A DNA stretch of 54,398 bases, filler included, from Stramenopiles sp. TOSAG23-3 (taxonomy: Eukaryota): assembly GCA_900128585.1 (NCBI GenBank). It is 4 parts of 4 records of this genome, joined end to end, with 100 filler letters (N's around TTAATTAATTAA, not from the genome) between each part and the next. Parts side by side here need not be neighbours in the genome. Positions count along the whole stretch, not along the records: positions 25,118 to 50,117 come from LT642295.1; 3 more parts are not named here. One strand, given 5' to 3'. Below the pieces are notes generated by a model. The model did not search any database, had not been told where the DNA came from, and was given only the letters and a program-made list of their open reading frames with translations. Below, one piece after another: positions 29,726-40,959 of the stretch (position 1 is the first letter of the stretch; the number at the start of each line of letters is the position of its first letter). The translations under genes were made by a program, and so were the position numbers.

Positions 29726-31380
29726 ATGGCACAAACATACAAACCAACATTAAACATGATCACTCTTAAGATTACATTTGGGGCCGAGACCAGGCGGGCG
29801 TCGATTGACGTAAATACGGCATCCTACGAAGTCTTTCTGGCGTTGCTGACTCGTTTGTTCCAGACCTTGCCAGCGAAAAACCAGTACACCGTAGTGTACG
29901 AAGACGACGACCACGACATGGTGACCGTATCGAGCAACTCGGAACTGCAAGATGCACTGCGGTTGGCCCAGACGGCGGGGTGGACGTCGCTGCGTATGAG
30001 CATTCGCCCGGTATCGGGAGGGGTGGCAGCGAGCGCTCGCCGGCCGGCCGGCGACAACGAGTCCAAAACCAACGGCGCGGACGATGGCGCCCTCCCCCCC
30101 AGGAACAAGGTGCCGCAGGCCTCGAACGGGATGCTCCAGATTATTTTGAACATTTGTGCGACACGCCCCGAGCTGCAAATTCTTCTCCAAAAGCCAAACA
30201 TTCAGGCGGCACTCCAACGGGCCTTTTCGAATCCCGACGTTCTCTCGAACCCCGAGGTAATGGAGACAACGATGAAATCGCTGTGCGAGGCGGACCCCGA
30301 GTTCGCAACCTTCCACGCAAAAGTGACGGACGCCATGAGCGCACAGAACGGCCCGCCGGCAGTGCACGAGGGCATCACCTGCGACCGGTCGGGGATGTCG
30401 CCGATCATTGGGAATCGCTACAAGAAGCAAGGGGCCAACTACGACCTGTGCGAGGCCGAGTTCGCGAAACTTTCCGATTCGGAAAAGAAAGATTACGTAA
30501 AGATTGAACGGCCCGCCAACGGCAGCTCGAGCATGCCATTTCCACCGTTTGGGATGGGCGGCATGCCAATGCCCCCTGGGGGCATGTCGATGGGGGGGCA
30601 CCCAGAGCCAATGCCAAGCGATTTGCGCGTTGTCATCGAAAAAATCTGCGAGAGGCACCCAGATCTAAAGGCCGAATCCCAGAAAGAAAAGATTAAAAAC
30701 TCCTTGGCCACTATTTTTTCTATCGAAAACCCAGACGAGCGGGACGAAGTCATGGAAACCATGCTGCTTGATACGGAGTTCAAAGCCTTCTTTGATAAGG
30801 TGAACGCTAAGATTCAACAGTTCATGAACATGAATGGCCCAGGAGGCGCGATGGGGTTTCCACCAGGCGCGAGCGCGGCGTCTAACCCGATGGGGTTCCC
30901 CCCTGCAGGAATGATGGGGCGGGGGCTTCAAGGAATGAACCCGCAGCAAATGATGCAAATGATGATGCAGGGCGGGGGCGGCCCGCCGTCGGGGGCCATG
31001 GGGTTTCNNNNNNNNNNNNNNNNNNNNNNNNNNNNNNNNNNNNNNNNNNNNNNNNNNNNNNNNNNNAAATGATGCAAATGATGATGCAGGGCGGGGGCGG
31101 CCCGCCGTCGGGGGCCATGGGGTTTCCTCCCGCAGGAATGATGGGCGGGGGACCGCAAGGGATGAACCCACAGCAAATGATGCAAATGATGAGGATGATG
31201 CAGGGTGGGGGCGGCCCGCCGCCATCGGGACCTCCTGCAGGGCCGATGGGAATGGGACCAGGCCAACCTCCCATGGGTGGCATGCCAAACCCAGAAATGA
31301 TGGAGCAAATGATGAGAATGATGCAGCGCGGAAACCAACCCACCGAACAATCTGACGACAGCGATTGGATGTACATGTAA
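29726..31380 (+). CDS. PB1 + degenerate ZZ domain protein (p62/NBR1-like) with a Met/Gly/Pro-rich repeat tail; spans an internal N gap
   Basis: PB1: LKITFGAETRR...YEDDDHDMVTVSSNSELQDAL (OPCA motif). ZZ-like: HEGITCDRSGMSPIIGNRYKKQGANYDLCEAEF. The same repeat continues across gap 31008-31066 to the stop at 31380. Confidence 0.8.
30889..31230 (+). repeat. Coding tandem repeat (~108-bp unit, MGFPPAGMMG...MNPQQMMQMMMQGGGGPPSGA) containing an assembly gap
   Basis: The unit recurs on both sides of Ns 31008-31066; 30948-31007 is identical to 31067-31126. Confidence 0.85.
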
Positions 31381-31442
31381 GCACACGCACGCACCGTATC
31401 CATTTGTTTTGCCACGAGGGGCACCGGGCCAAAATGACAACA

Positions 31443-31494
31443 GTAGAGATCAGTTCGCAGTGCATGAGGGAATGTAAACCTCTAAAATGGACAA
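31443..31494 (+). repeat. Dispersed ~50-bp repeat, copy 2 (copy 1 at 1865-1915)
   Basis: Shares the atcagttcgcagtgcat core and taaacct...aaatggacaaa with 1865-1915. Confidence 0.8.
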
Positions 31495-31764
31495 ATTTTA
31501 ATTACTTCAAATAAAAACAAATTATATTGTCCATTTTCTTGTTTTAATTTAGGAAAAAACTGAAGAAGGAAGTATCAATAAAATATTACCAAGGTATGAT
31601 GATATGATATTATCCTTCTTCCTCATATATAATATTATTTTTAGAAAAAAAACAAGATGATAAAGATTCTTTTGGATTTATATTTATTATATCACATGAT
31701 ATATATATGTTGATAAGATGTTATATTTTAATTTACAGGCACTCTCACAGACACGATTTTTGTA

Positions 31765-32766
31765 TCAAGCGCGAATTGAGGAATTTATCGATAGACGAAA
31801 CTCACCGGTCATGTCTACTTTGCTCAACGAGGTAGCCCGGTGTTGTTTGATCAAGTTTTTCGATAGTGGCATGTGGAGTGTACGACCGTCTCCCTCCCCG
31901 TTACAACGGCAGCATAAGATGTTTTTTAGCGCTTGCGTGATCTTTGTATTCAGAATCAGCAACATGACTGAGAACAGAAACCCCTCTAATCGCTCAGAAT
32001 GGTTTTGGAACTCGCCCGGGAAACGAAGAACCTCGATGCGGTTTACTACCATGGGGAGCCATAGCACCAGAACGCCTACGGTAAGAAGCATAAACTTACT
32101 TGCCGCTGCTCGTTTTTTCCTTGCTGCACTCGCCGACGAGGACGGGACCCGGCAAATATAGTAGCAATTGTAAATTTGCACAATAAGGACGACGATGAAG
32201 AGCACGTACTGCATCAGATAAAATGTCAATAGTTCGAGAACCGTCGGTTTTCCGTCGGGTCGCATCACCATGAACGAGCACCCATGGGCGTTTCTACCAA
32301 ACCCACCACCGTACACCCCAATGCAGAACATTTCAATTGCGGTCCCAACCGTTGCAATACAGGCGTACAACCGAAACCTGTGTTCGGAATTCGAAACGAG
32401 GAACTGTTCAACGTATTGTGCGCCCGTAACAAGTAGGTGCATCTCAAAGGCCAAGCACGCCGTAAACCACTGCCGCATGATCATGTCTAAAAATTTAATA
32501 AAGCTTTGCACGGAACACCCCAACGTCTGTTCGTCATGGTGCGTGTCCCACAACCCCTGAAAAGTCAAGCGGTAAAAGGTCGTCAGTGCGTACAAAAGAA
32601 TAATCGCCCCGATGAGGTTAATGTACACACCGACTCTGCTGTTTTCGCAGAACGCTTTGTCTTCGCGCTTCAACTTGTAAATCACGATGAACAAGAGAAA
32701 AGTCGAAAAAAACGACAAGGCAAGCTCCATATACCCGACGGGGCTTAGATCGCTTGCAACGGCCAT
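31765..32766 (-). CDS. 7-transmembrane GPCR, cAMP-receptor (CAR/GCR1)-like
   Basis: About seven hydrophobic helices. TM3 pattern GCSVQSF...WFTACLAFEMHLLV, ECL2 Cys (GRNAHGC) and TM6 LVLWLP. ATG at 32766. Confidence 0.7.
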   Translation of the reverse strand: MAVASDLSPVGYMELALSFFSTFLLFIVIYKLKREDKAFCENSRVGVYINLIGAIILLYALTTFYRLTFQGLWDTHHDEQTLGCSVQSFIKFLDMIMRQWFTACLAFEMHLLVTGAQYVEQFLVSNSEHRFRLYACIATVGTAIEMFCIGVYGGGFGRNAHGCSFMVMRPDGKPTVLELLTFYLMQYVLFIVVLIVQIYNCYYICRVPSSSASAARKKRAAASKFMLLTVGVLVLWLPMVVNRIEVLRFPGEFQNHSERLEGFLFSVMLLILNTKITQALKNILCCRCNGEGDGRTLHMPLSKNLIKQHRATSLSKVDMTGEFRLSINSSIRA

Positions 32767-33528
32767 TATTATATAAAGTGCTCGGGAGGGTGGCTGCTGC
32801 TGTGAAGAAATGGCTCTAACTCTAAAAATACTATCCGCGCCGAGCGGGTTTAAAACAATTGAACGAGTGGTCAAAATTCAAACAACCTACAGTTGGTGTT
32901 CTTGAAGCCAACAACATGGGATGAGATTCAATAGATTTTCCATGAACATTCCTCCCATAATGTAATGCAATTTACGCTTCTTCAACGAAACGAAACGAAA
33001 TAATTATTATTAAAAAATGAAATAATAAAATCCAGAGGGAGTACAAAAATATCGTACTTGTAATTAAAATCAACCTATATAAATGCGTAGAGTGAAAAGA
33101 AAAAGAAAAAAACTTCTTTTTTAGTTCTATTTTTATAGTTTATAATATGATTTTTATGATGAATTGAAGAAATAAAAAAATACGTCAATGCTACTTCTAT
33201 ATAATACACAAGTATAATATAGGAATAATAGGGGAGGGGTTGCTTTTGAACTTTGAAACTTCTTTCTTCTTTGTTGATGATTTTTTCTTCCTTCTCTTCT
33301 TTGCAAATAATATATTTTTGATGGATTACCTTGGTAATAAATTATAATTATATAAATATGTTGTGTCTTTTAGATTTAGTATTCATTCGTCCCATGGGAA
33401 GTACACACAGTATCACTTTATCTGTGTATAAAATTGATATTCATGGAAGAAGGGACAAAAGTATTTATTCCCTACAGAAACATACCCTTAATACCAAAGG
33501 AACAGGACCGATTCTTTTCTCTCTTTTC

Positions 33529-34818
33529 TCACATGGACGGCGCCGTGGTCTCATGAACCTTTGCATCCACTTTTGCCCCCACCGCGCCGCCATACAAAAG
33601 GGCATTCTCCAGCCTTGCAAGGGCGGCCTCCGCGTCTGCAAGGGCGTCCTGGATCGCCAAGCACTTCAAAATCGTCCCTCCGTACGGCTCGCGAACGTCG
33701 CGATGGATGGCGCTCATCTTTATTTTCATCGCCTTCCCCTTCTCTGCCATCAAGCGATCGAGGGCTTTGCTCCGGGAAATGTGCTTGCTCTTTATCATGG
33801 ATTGGACGGTCTCTTCCTGGACTGCTGCCTCCAATGTATCGCATTCGCTCTTTCGCGCGCGCAGCCCAGAAACGAGGTCGTACAGTTCGGCTGTAGTTTT
33901 GATCGACGCCATCTTCCTGTTCGGTAGTAGTTGATACCGCGACCGAATGCTGTCGACGACATCATCGTCTTGCGCCCCGGCGGCCTCCCCAAAGTGGTCC
34001 TTCCCCATCACCCGCTCGAGGAAGACTTTCAAAAGGCTGACGTGTCGAAAGTGGATCATGCAGTCGTTTTCGTCGTGGCATTTGGACGATTTCAAAACAT
34101 TGTGGTGCTTGTTGTAGTCTGCTGTCAGGAACGAGCTCCCTTTCCGCACAATGTTCGTCAAAAGGCTGACATACAGTTGCTTCGTCGATTCAAACCGCGG
34201 GGAGATGGCCGCCGTCATCGCTTCAAACTCCTTCAAGATTTTTCCGGCCTCCCCCTTGTCGTCCATGGCGTCCGCAAACCGGCCAAGAATATCGTTCCAC
34301 TCTTCATGGGTCGCGCTCATATCGGACTGCAAGTTTTGCACGAATGAGATCAAGGATTTGCCAATTTTGTGAGGGCCACGCCCCTCCCTGTTGGCAATGT
34401 CGCGCAGCAGTCCTATATCAACGACGACCTTCAGCTTGTCGTAGGACGGAAGAAAGACGCGCAGTTCGAACGGCGAGCTTACCTGAAACTTTGAAGAAGT
34501 CTTCTTCTCCTTCGTCGCGTCGACACTGCAAACGTACACGTCCTTGAAATGTTCGTTGAGAAAATTCTTTGCTTCATCAAACTCTTCCCTGTACTGTTCG
34601 TACAGCGAGGACTCCGGGTAATAGAACAGAGCAATGGTCAGCTTGGCGTCGATGTTTGCGTACAGTTTGAAGGGCGATACATTGTCAAAGTTCGACACCC
34701 CTCCCACCCCGACTGCCACGCCGCACGAACGACCGCCCACGCCGCACCTTTTTTCACCAGCAGCAAAGAGGAAGAGAAATGTTATGAGAGTGCACGAAAG
34801 AAGGCTCGAATGAGTCAT
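33529..34818 (-). CDS. ERp29/PDI-D-like non-catalytic thioredoxin-fold protein with C-terminal coiled-coil extension
   Basis: Signal peptide; Trx-like fold (ALFYYP...VCSVDAT...FQVSSPFELRVF) without CxxC; ERp29_C-like helical domain (EWNDILGRF...YVSLLTNIVRKG...LLKVF). Confidence 0.6.
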   Translation of the reverse strand: MTHSSLLSCTLITFLFLFAAGEKRCGVGGRSCGVAVGVGGVSNFDNVSPFKLYANIDAKLTIALFYYPESSLYEQYREEFDEAKNFLNEHFKDVYVCSVDATKEKKTSSKFQVSSPFELRVFLPSYDKLKVVVDIGLLRDIANREGRGPHKIGKSLISFVQNLQSDMSATHEEWNDILGRFADAMDDKGEAGKILKEFEAMTAAISPRFESTKQLYVSLLTNIVRKGSSFLTADYNKHHNVLKSSKCHDENDCMIHFRHVSLLKVFLERVMGKDHFGEAAGAQDDDVVDSIRSRYQLLPNRKMASIKTTAELYDLVSGLRARKSECDTLEAAVQEETVQSMIKSKHISRSKALDRLMAEKGKAMKIKMSAIHRDVREPYGGTILKCLAIQDALADAEAALARLENALLYGGAVGAKVDAKVHETTAPSM

Positions 34819-35180
34819 GGCTTTGGAATTTTAAACGGGGATTGGGACGATGGTATGGAGGTGGATCATTTAAAAAATACATGAACTTCGTTTCACACTT
34901 TTGTTTCATTTCCCCTTTGATTGGTTGAAGAATATAATCAACCGTATTTTTTCAAAATTCAATTTGTCGTTAGTTATCTCAACAAAAAATATTTAAAAAA
35001 AAAAAACATTTTTTATTTTAATTTTTGGTATTTCCATATTAAAAATATATAAAAGATAAAATATAAGAAAACAAAACAAAAAAGATATAAAAAAAAAGAA
35101 AAAGAAAGGAAAGTCCAAGAATTGTTGAACACATTGTATCCTATGCTGTGACAATGTTGTAACCAAACCCTGTCAGTGAG

Positions 35181-35272
35181 GTAAATATCAGACGAACACC
35201 ATGCTATTCTTATGTATTTATTACACGTAAATATCAGGCGAACACGATGCTATTCTTATGTATTTATTGCAC
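35181..35272 (+). repeat. 46-bp tandem duplication (2 copies)
   Basis: gtaaatatcagacgaacaccatgctattcttatgtatttattacac followed by a near-identical copy at 35227. Confidence 0.9.
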
Positions 35273-35401
35273 TCCATTTTCTTTGAAAACGACAATACAT
35301 ATACACACCATAGGCATAACAACACAAATTCGATTAATATATATACTTCTTCCATATATTATAAATTACACCCTCCTTCGCTCTTTCACACTTTGTAAGA
35401 G

Positions 35402-37607
35402 TTACAACTTTGAGGAGGGGTGGGTCGAAAGCTTAGCGCCGTCTTTTAAAAACTCGTAATCGATGAATTTTTCTACCGCTTGGAACATTGGCGGGCTCTC
35501 CACCCACTTTCCATCCTTGTCCACGTTGAGCGCAGATTCCTTGGCTGCCTTGTAGAGAGCCTCGTACACTCGTCCATCCGACCGCCCAAGGGCAGAGTTC
35601 AACACGGTATCGGAAAAATCAAACGAGTCCGTCAGCCCGATGACTTCGTTGCGCAACGAACTGCAGAGCTCGGAGACGGCAGCGTCGACCAGGGTCATCT
35701 CACGGGCGGACAGAAGGCCCACCCAGCCTTCTCCCGAGAGAATGTCTTGAAGGGCAAACATGATTGTCAGCTTGTGCAGCACAAGCTTGCACCCTTCGCT
35801 GTCGGTGTCTGGGATGTCGTTCACACTCTCCACAAACTTGGAAAGCATAAAATACTTTACGTGCGACACAGCTGTTGTGTACAGCAGTCGGGCGTTCCGA
35901 TTCCTCCCCTCGTCCACGCTCAGCTTTTGAACGTTCACACTGTGGTGAAGGGCCTGGTGGGCTTTGTAGCAGCTCACCAAGGTCCGGTACTGAAAGAGTC
36001 GCAAAAAATATTCTCGCGATTCCGCACCACGCCAAAGCAAATCTTCTAAATTTCGAGGCGACGGAGACGGTTTTCCGTCAACGACAGGGTCGAACGACCG
36101 CGAGGAGAGGGGGGCCAAGCACTGGGTCAACCCGGGCAAGGAATCCACGTCTCCCGCAATGGCTTTCTCCACCGAGCGAACAAGAAACCGGGCCGTTTGC
36201 AGGGACAAAATTACATAGTCCCCTTCTGCTGTTGTGTTTGGACCTTTAAAGTCCGCTTCTAACGGTGCTATCCCAGAGCTCATGAGGTACCCGTGCCCGC
36301 CACACGCCCTCCTCAAATCCTCTATCCCATCCGCGGCAAGGACGCAGCCATACGCCTTGAGCCCCGCGGCACTGGCGTGTATCTCAGGCAAGTCCTTGTC
36401 GCCTTCGCTGCTCGATTCTGCAGCCTTACGGCGTTGAAGGAGCCACCTGGCCACAAACTTTATCGCGTACGCGCACGATGTCCACTTCAACACCCGGTAC
36501 AGCTGCACTTGGTAGTCAAGAATTTGGTTCTCCGCCGAGTTAAACCGTGTGGAGTGGGCCGTATTCTTGAACCCTTGGTGACGAAGGGCGCTGTACCTTG
36601 CCGCAATGACGCACGCCTTGGCCAACGAAGCCCCGGCGGTGTTGGTCAGGGCAACTCTTGTTTTCAGCATGGTGATGTAGTGGCTTTTGCCCCCCCCCCC
36701 CGCCTTGCTTCTTCTTCTTCTTGGCCGGCTTTGCATCCATGGAGCCAGGCGGAGGGGATTTTATGTACCGCCCGTCTGGGCTTACGTGCTGCCGACGCTC
36801 CATCAAGTGCCGCCTTGGAATACGCACGTTTCGCATACGCAAGTACCCGATGGTCGCATCGTTGTCGCCAAGCTTCGCTCCGATGTCCCCGACTTCGATG
36901 CCAGGGAGGGCTTTGAAATCTGGGCCTCGCATTTGAACAAGGAAGACGTGGACGCCCATTGGCTTCCCGTTCAGCACCATTTGGGCATACACAGCCGCGT
37001 GGGTAGATGAGTACATCCCTGTGCTCCACCACTTCATCGATTGCAACGTGGGCGTGTTCATCACCCATTCGCCGTCCTGACGTGGGCCAGCGTGCGGGAC
37101 AAACGTTGCCGTGGTCTGCAAACCTCGAACGTTGGAGCCATGGCCCAGCTCGGTCTGCGCATAGCAGCCGATAAACCCGAGCTTCTGTGCCCTTCCCAGC
37201 CACCAGCGCTTCTGCTCGTCGCTGGTCTGACTGCGGAGGGTCGACATGAAGACCCCATAATGCAAACTCAACGGCCCAGTTCTTCCAAACTTCGCAGCGC
37301 TCATGAACGTCATGTCTTGGCCTTTTGGCCTGTACCCAGACTCCAAATGTTTCCAGTGGACGTCCATAAAATGTTTGAGGGCATTTTTTATGCTCTCCTC
37401 GCGCGACACCTCCGCGTGAACTTCGACCTCTGGGTGGTTCTTTCCGTCCAGCACATCATCGTGCGCCCCCTGAATCCACTGTCGCTGGAACGTTGCTTTT
37501 TTCCCACCGTCCAAAATGCCCATCATTTTCGCCACCGAAAACGTCGCCCGCTTCCGCTCCTCGGGAAGCACGTGCGATGTACCACCATTATCCCATGTCT
37601 GTTCCAT
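35402..37607 (-). CDS. ACOX1: Peroxisomal acyl-CoA oxidase (ACOX1-like), with an apparent 1-nt frameshift at 36690-36701
   Basis: IGCYAQTELGHGSNVRGLQTTAT, KWW, GIEVGDIGAK, RRACGGHGY, TAEGD, SALGRSDGRVYE and a C-terminal PTS1 (SKL). The two ORFs fuse if the G12 run is G11. Confidence 0.92.
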
Positions 37608-38342
37608 GGCCTTGTGCGTTTTAATTAACAAACTTGTATACACGGACAACACTCAACAGTATTATATGTTTATATTATACACATAACCAATCTTTAATTG
37701 GTGCAGCAACAACTCTTATTATTAAAGACGGTCGATATTAAAAGATAAGAAAAATTATTTGTTTATTCGAGACGACTGTGTGTGTGTGTGTGTGTTGTTC
37801 TTTGTTTCAATTGTTGTTAGAAAGAAAAAACAATAATAAAAAATAAATAATAATAATTGAAAAAATATTAGTCTAATAAATAAAAAAAAAAAAACTTTTC
37901 TTCTTTCTTCTCTTTTTCTCTCTTCTTCTTTCTTCTCTTCTTCTCTCTTCTTCTTCTTTCTTCTTCTTCTATTTTCGGCGGCGGGGGACACACCACCTCT
38001 TAAAAAAACAACAAAAAAAGATATAGAAGAAGAAAAAAAAGAAGAAAAAAGGAAGAAGAAAGAAGAGGAGATAGAAGAAGAAGATTTTTTTATTAATAAA
38101 TAATAATTATTATTTTTTTCGAAATTCAAAATTGTTTTTTTGCAATAAAATATTATATATATTTTCATTGATGATTTATTATTATTATACACGAAAAGAA
38201 GAAGCGAAGAAGAGAAGAAAGTTCTTTTAGTTGAAATAATTTTTATCCAGGAACATAATGCCAAACGTTAAAGAGTAAATTTGAACTCGAACGCTTTGAA
38301 CCTTTTTTGTTGTCGCTGTATATACGTTTGGTGTAGAAGAAC

Positions 38343-39386
38343 ATGGGCCGTGCCTTTGGAGTTAAGTTCTGGGCGGCGGTGGTAATGGTGGTGACGGGCG
38401 TGCACATACTTCCAGCGAACAGTTATAATCATAATTTAAAATACTTTTCGATATGGAACACGGGGGCAGGAGCAGTGGAATATCCGGGGGATGAGATGAA
38501 CTCCAGCTTCATTAACTTCTTTTTTGACATTGATCGGCCAGAGCTCTTCCAGGCTTTGGCGGACCAGGGGTACGGCCCTTCGCTTCTGCACGTTCGGACG
38601 GTTCTGTTTTACCCACGCCACGACACACGGAAAGGGTTACGGCCAGATTACGCCCAGCGGTGGAATGCAACGCTCGAGGCGCTTCTCCCACTGATCAAGA
38701 AGAGACTGGCGATGGGGGTATTTCTTGGGGACGAGTTGTGCTGGGACTGTGTTGGCTGGAACGATTTGAAAGCTGCGGCGGATCTGGTGCGGGGCACACT
38801 CCCGAAGTCTGCAGTGATTTACTACAACGAAGCGTTTCCGCCTCTGGACGACGTGGGAATGTGGAACGCTTCGTGCGGGCCGAAGATTGCCCTTGAACAG
38901 GGGTACCCGCACGTCCCAAAGTCCATCGATTGGGTGTCCATAGACTACTACCCAAACGAAGGTACCTTCGAAGGAGCCCAACGCATCTACAGAGAGAAGA
39001 TTTTCCCGAAAATGAACCAAGAACAGAGAGTTTTGTTTGTACCCCCAGCCTTTTCCTGCAGCAAAGGCTCCTCCGCTGGATTCGTCGATCGATTCTGCTG
39101 CAGCAAAAACAACAGGGATGGCGCCAACCCAGACTGCAAGGGAAGCTGCGAGAATGCGATGAAAGACTGGGCTATTAAATCGTACAATTGGGCGAGAACC
39201 GACGATCGATTCGTGGGGTTGAACCCATGGTATTGGCAGCAGAAGAATACCAAAGTTCAACCAACGTACCCGAAAAACCATTCGGACGTTCCAGGGTTGC
39301 GCTGGATGAATGAAACAAGGGTTTTGTACGAAAAGATTGGAATGGAAATTGTCACCGGGAATCTACGAGAATTAAGTTTAGATTGA
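38343..39386 (+). CDS. Secreted protein, possible glycoside-hydrolase-like TIM barrel, 347 aa
   Basis: Signal-peptide-like N-terminus and strand-end acidic motifs (GVFLGDEL, IYYNEA, IDWVSIDYY, FVGLNPW) reminiscent of GH barrels. Family not recognised. Confidence 0.6.
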   Translation: MGRAFGVKFWAAVVMVVTGVHILPANSYNHNLKYFSIWNTGAGAVEYPGDEMNSSFINFFFDIDRPELFQALADQGYGPSLLHVRTVLFYPRHDTRKGLRPDYAQRWNATLEALLPLIKKRLAMGVFLGDELCWDCVGWNDLKAAADLVRGTLPKSAVIYYNEAFPPLDDVGMWNASCGPKIALEQGYPHVPKSIDWVSIDYYPNEGTFEGAQRIYREKIFPKMNQEQRVLFVPPAFSCSKGSSAGFVDRFCCSKNNRDGANPDCKGSCENAMKDWAIKSYNWARTDDRFVGLNPWYWQQKNTKVQPTYPKNHSDVPGLRWMNETRVLYEKIGMEIVTGNLRELSLD

Positions 39387-39643
39387 TAATTAGTATACGA
39401 TTAAATGTAGTTATAATTATTACGAGTGTCTATATAGAAAGGAAAGAAAAAACAACAATTCAACCGAGGAAGTATTCTTCATGCCAGATTGTAATAATGA
39501 TCATTCAATGATCACAATGCAATGCCTTTTACCTGAATTGAATTCAACTCACGTCGTCCTTGATTGTCAACACGTTCTTTTCGTTTCGTTTATCTCAGAG
39601 TTCGCATTTTCTCTCCTTCATTCCTCATCACAGAGTGTGAAGG

Positions 39644-40740
39644 ATGACGAACTCCTCCTCGACGACCACCGCGGCGCCCGGCGCGCAACCGCCGCCGGCA
39701 TTGAACATTCTGGTCACCGTCTCGACGTATATTTTGCTGGCGCTCGTTATGTTTGGAATGGCGTGCACCGTTACGCTCGAAGCGATGAAAGAGACGTTTC
39801 GGAACAAAAAGCCATTTTTGATAGCAATTAGCTGTCAGACCATTCTTATGCCTGCCCTGGCGTTTCTCGTCGGCCGAGCCCTGCAGTTGAACGACCTTCA
39901 CAGCATTTGCCTCTTGCTTTTGGGCTGCTGTCCGGGAGGGTCCTTCTCCAACGTTTTGTGCTATTTTGCCAACGGGAACCAGGCGCTGAGCATCGGGCTC
40001 ACGTGCTTTACAAATTTGTGCTGCGTCTTTACGCTCCCACTCTTGCTATGGGTGTGGGGGTCCTCTTTCACGTCCGTCACGATACCGTAGTAAGTTGAAG
40101 TTTCTCTTTTTCTCCCCCCCCTTGCGCCGACTAACCCACTGCTATATTATGTTTTTCCAATGCCGACAGCGGCGACATTTTGGTCAGCTTTTCGCTCGTG
40201 ATTTTCCCCGCCCTATTTGGCATTTGGGTTCGCCACAAAAGCGCAAAGCACGCAAAGTATGGGGAAAGGGTGGGCTCGATCGGCGGGGCCTCCATGGTCC
40301 TTGGCGCCGCAATCAGCGGATTCGTCGCGAACGGCGAGACGTTGGCGGACCGGGACCTCTTGCCAGCGACCACTTTGGTGTCGGTCCTGATCGTTGGGCC
40401 GATGGGTATGCTTTGTTCATTTTTGATTGCGTACTTTTTTCCCATCGGGCCGCGAATGGCGACTCAGGACATCGTCACCATCAGCCTAGAGACCGGGGTC
40501 CAGAACACCGTCCTGGCCCTTGCCATCGTCAACATTAGTTTCTCGGACGTGCTGAGCCCCTTTGAACTCTTCCAGGCGCAGTTCTTTCCCATCTGCTGGG
40601 GGCTCTTTGTTTTGCTGGAAGGGTCCCTCCTCGTCCTTGGGTACAGGCTGTACTTGCGCAAGACGAAAAAGGAGCCGGCCGAGATCGTTCTGGCGGAGAC
40701 GGAGGGGGGATTAGGGGAGACCCAAAACGATAAGTCTTAA
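39644..40740 (+). CDS. Bile acid:sodium symporter (BASS/SLC10) family transporter; exons 39644-40089 and 40170-40740
   Basis: MFGMAC, CQTILMP, GCCPGGSFSN and TISLETGVQN. An 80-nt intron 40090-40169 (GTAAGT...CTAAC...CAG) removes the apparent stop and gives ...VTIPYGDILVS... Confidence 0.92.
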
Positions 40741-40959
40741 ATTTATAAAAAAGTGGAATTCTTTTGATATCTTATCATATGAAATGATAAGAATATAATT
40801 TTTGTGTATCTCATAAAAATTATTATTATTATACCTTTTGTTGGTAAAAAAAACAAAAAATAAATTGATGATAAAAAATTGCACTTAAAAATAACAGCCT
40901 GCCAGTGTTTTGTTTTTAATTAATAAAAATTTAAAAGCATTTTTCATCTTCTGACTTTC

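Noticed and set aside
30948..31126. Exact 60-bp direct repeat flanking the internal N gap, and the frame change across it
   Set aside because: Explained by an unresolved coding tandem repeat and an estimated gap length; not evidence of an insertion or frameshift.
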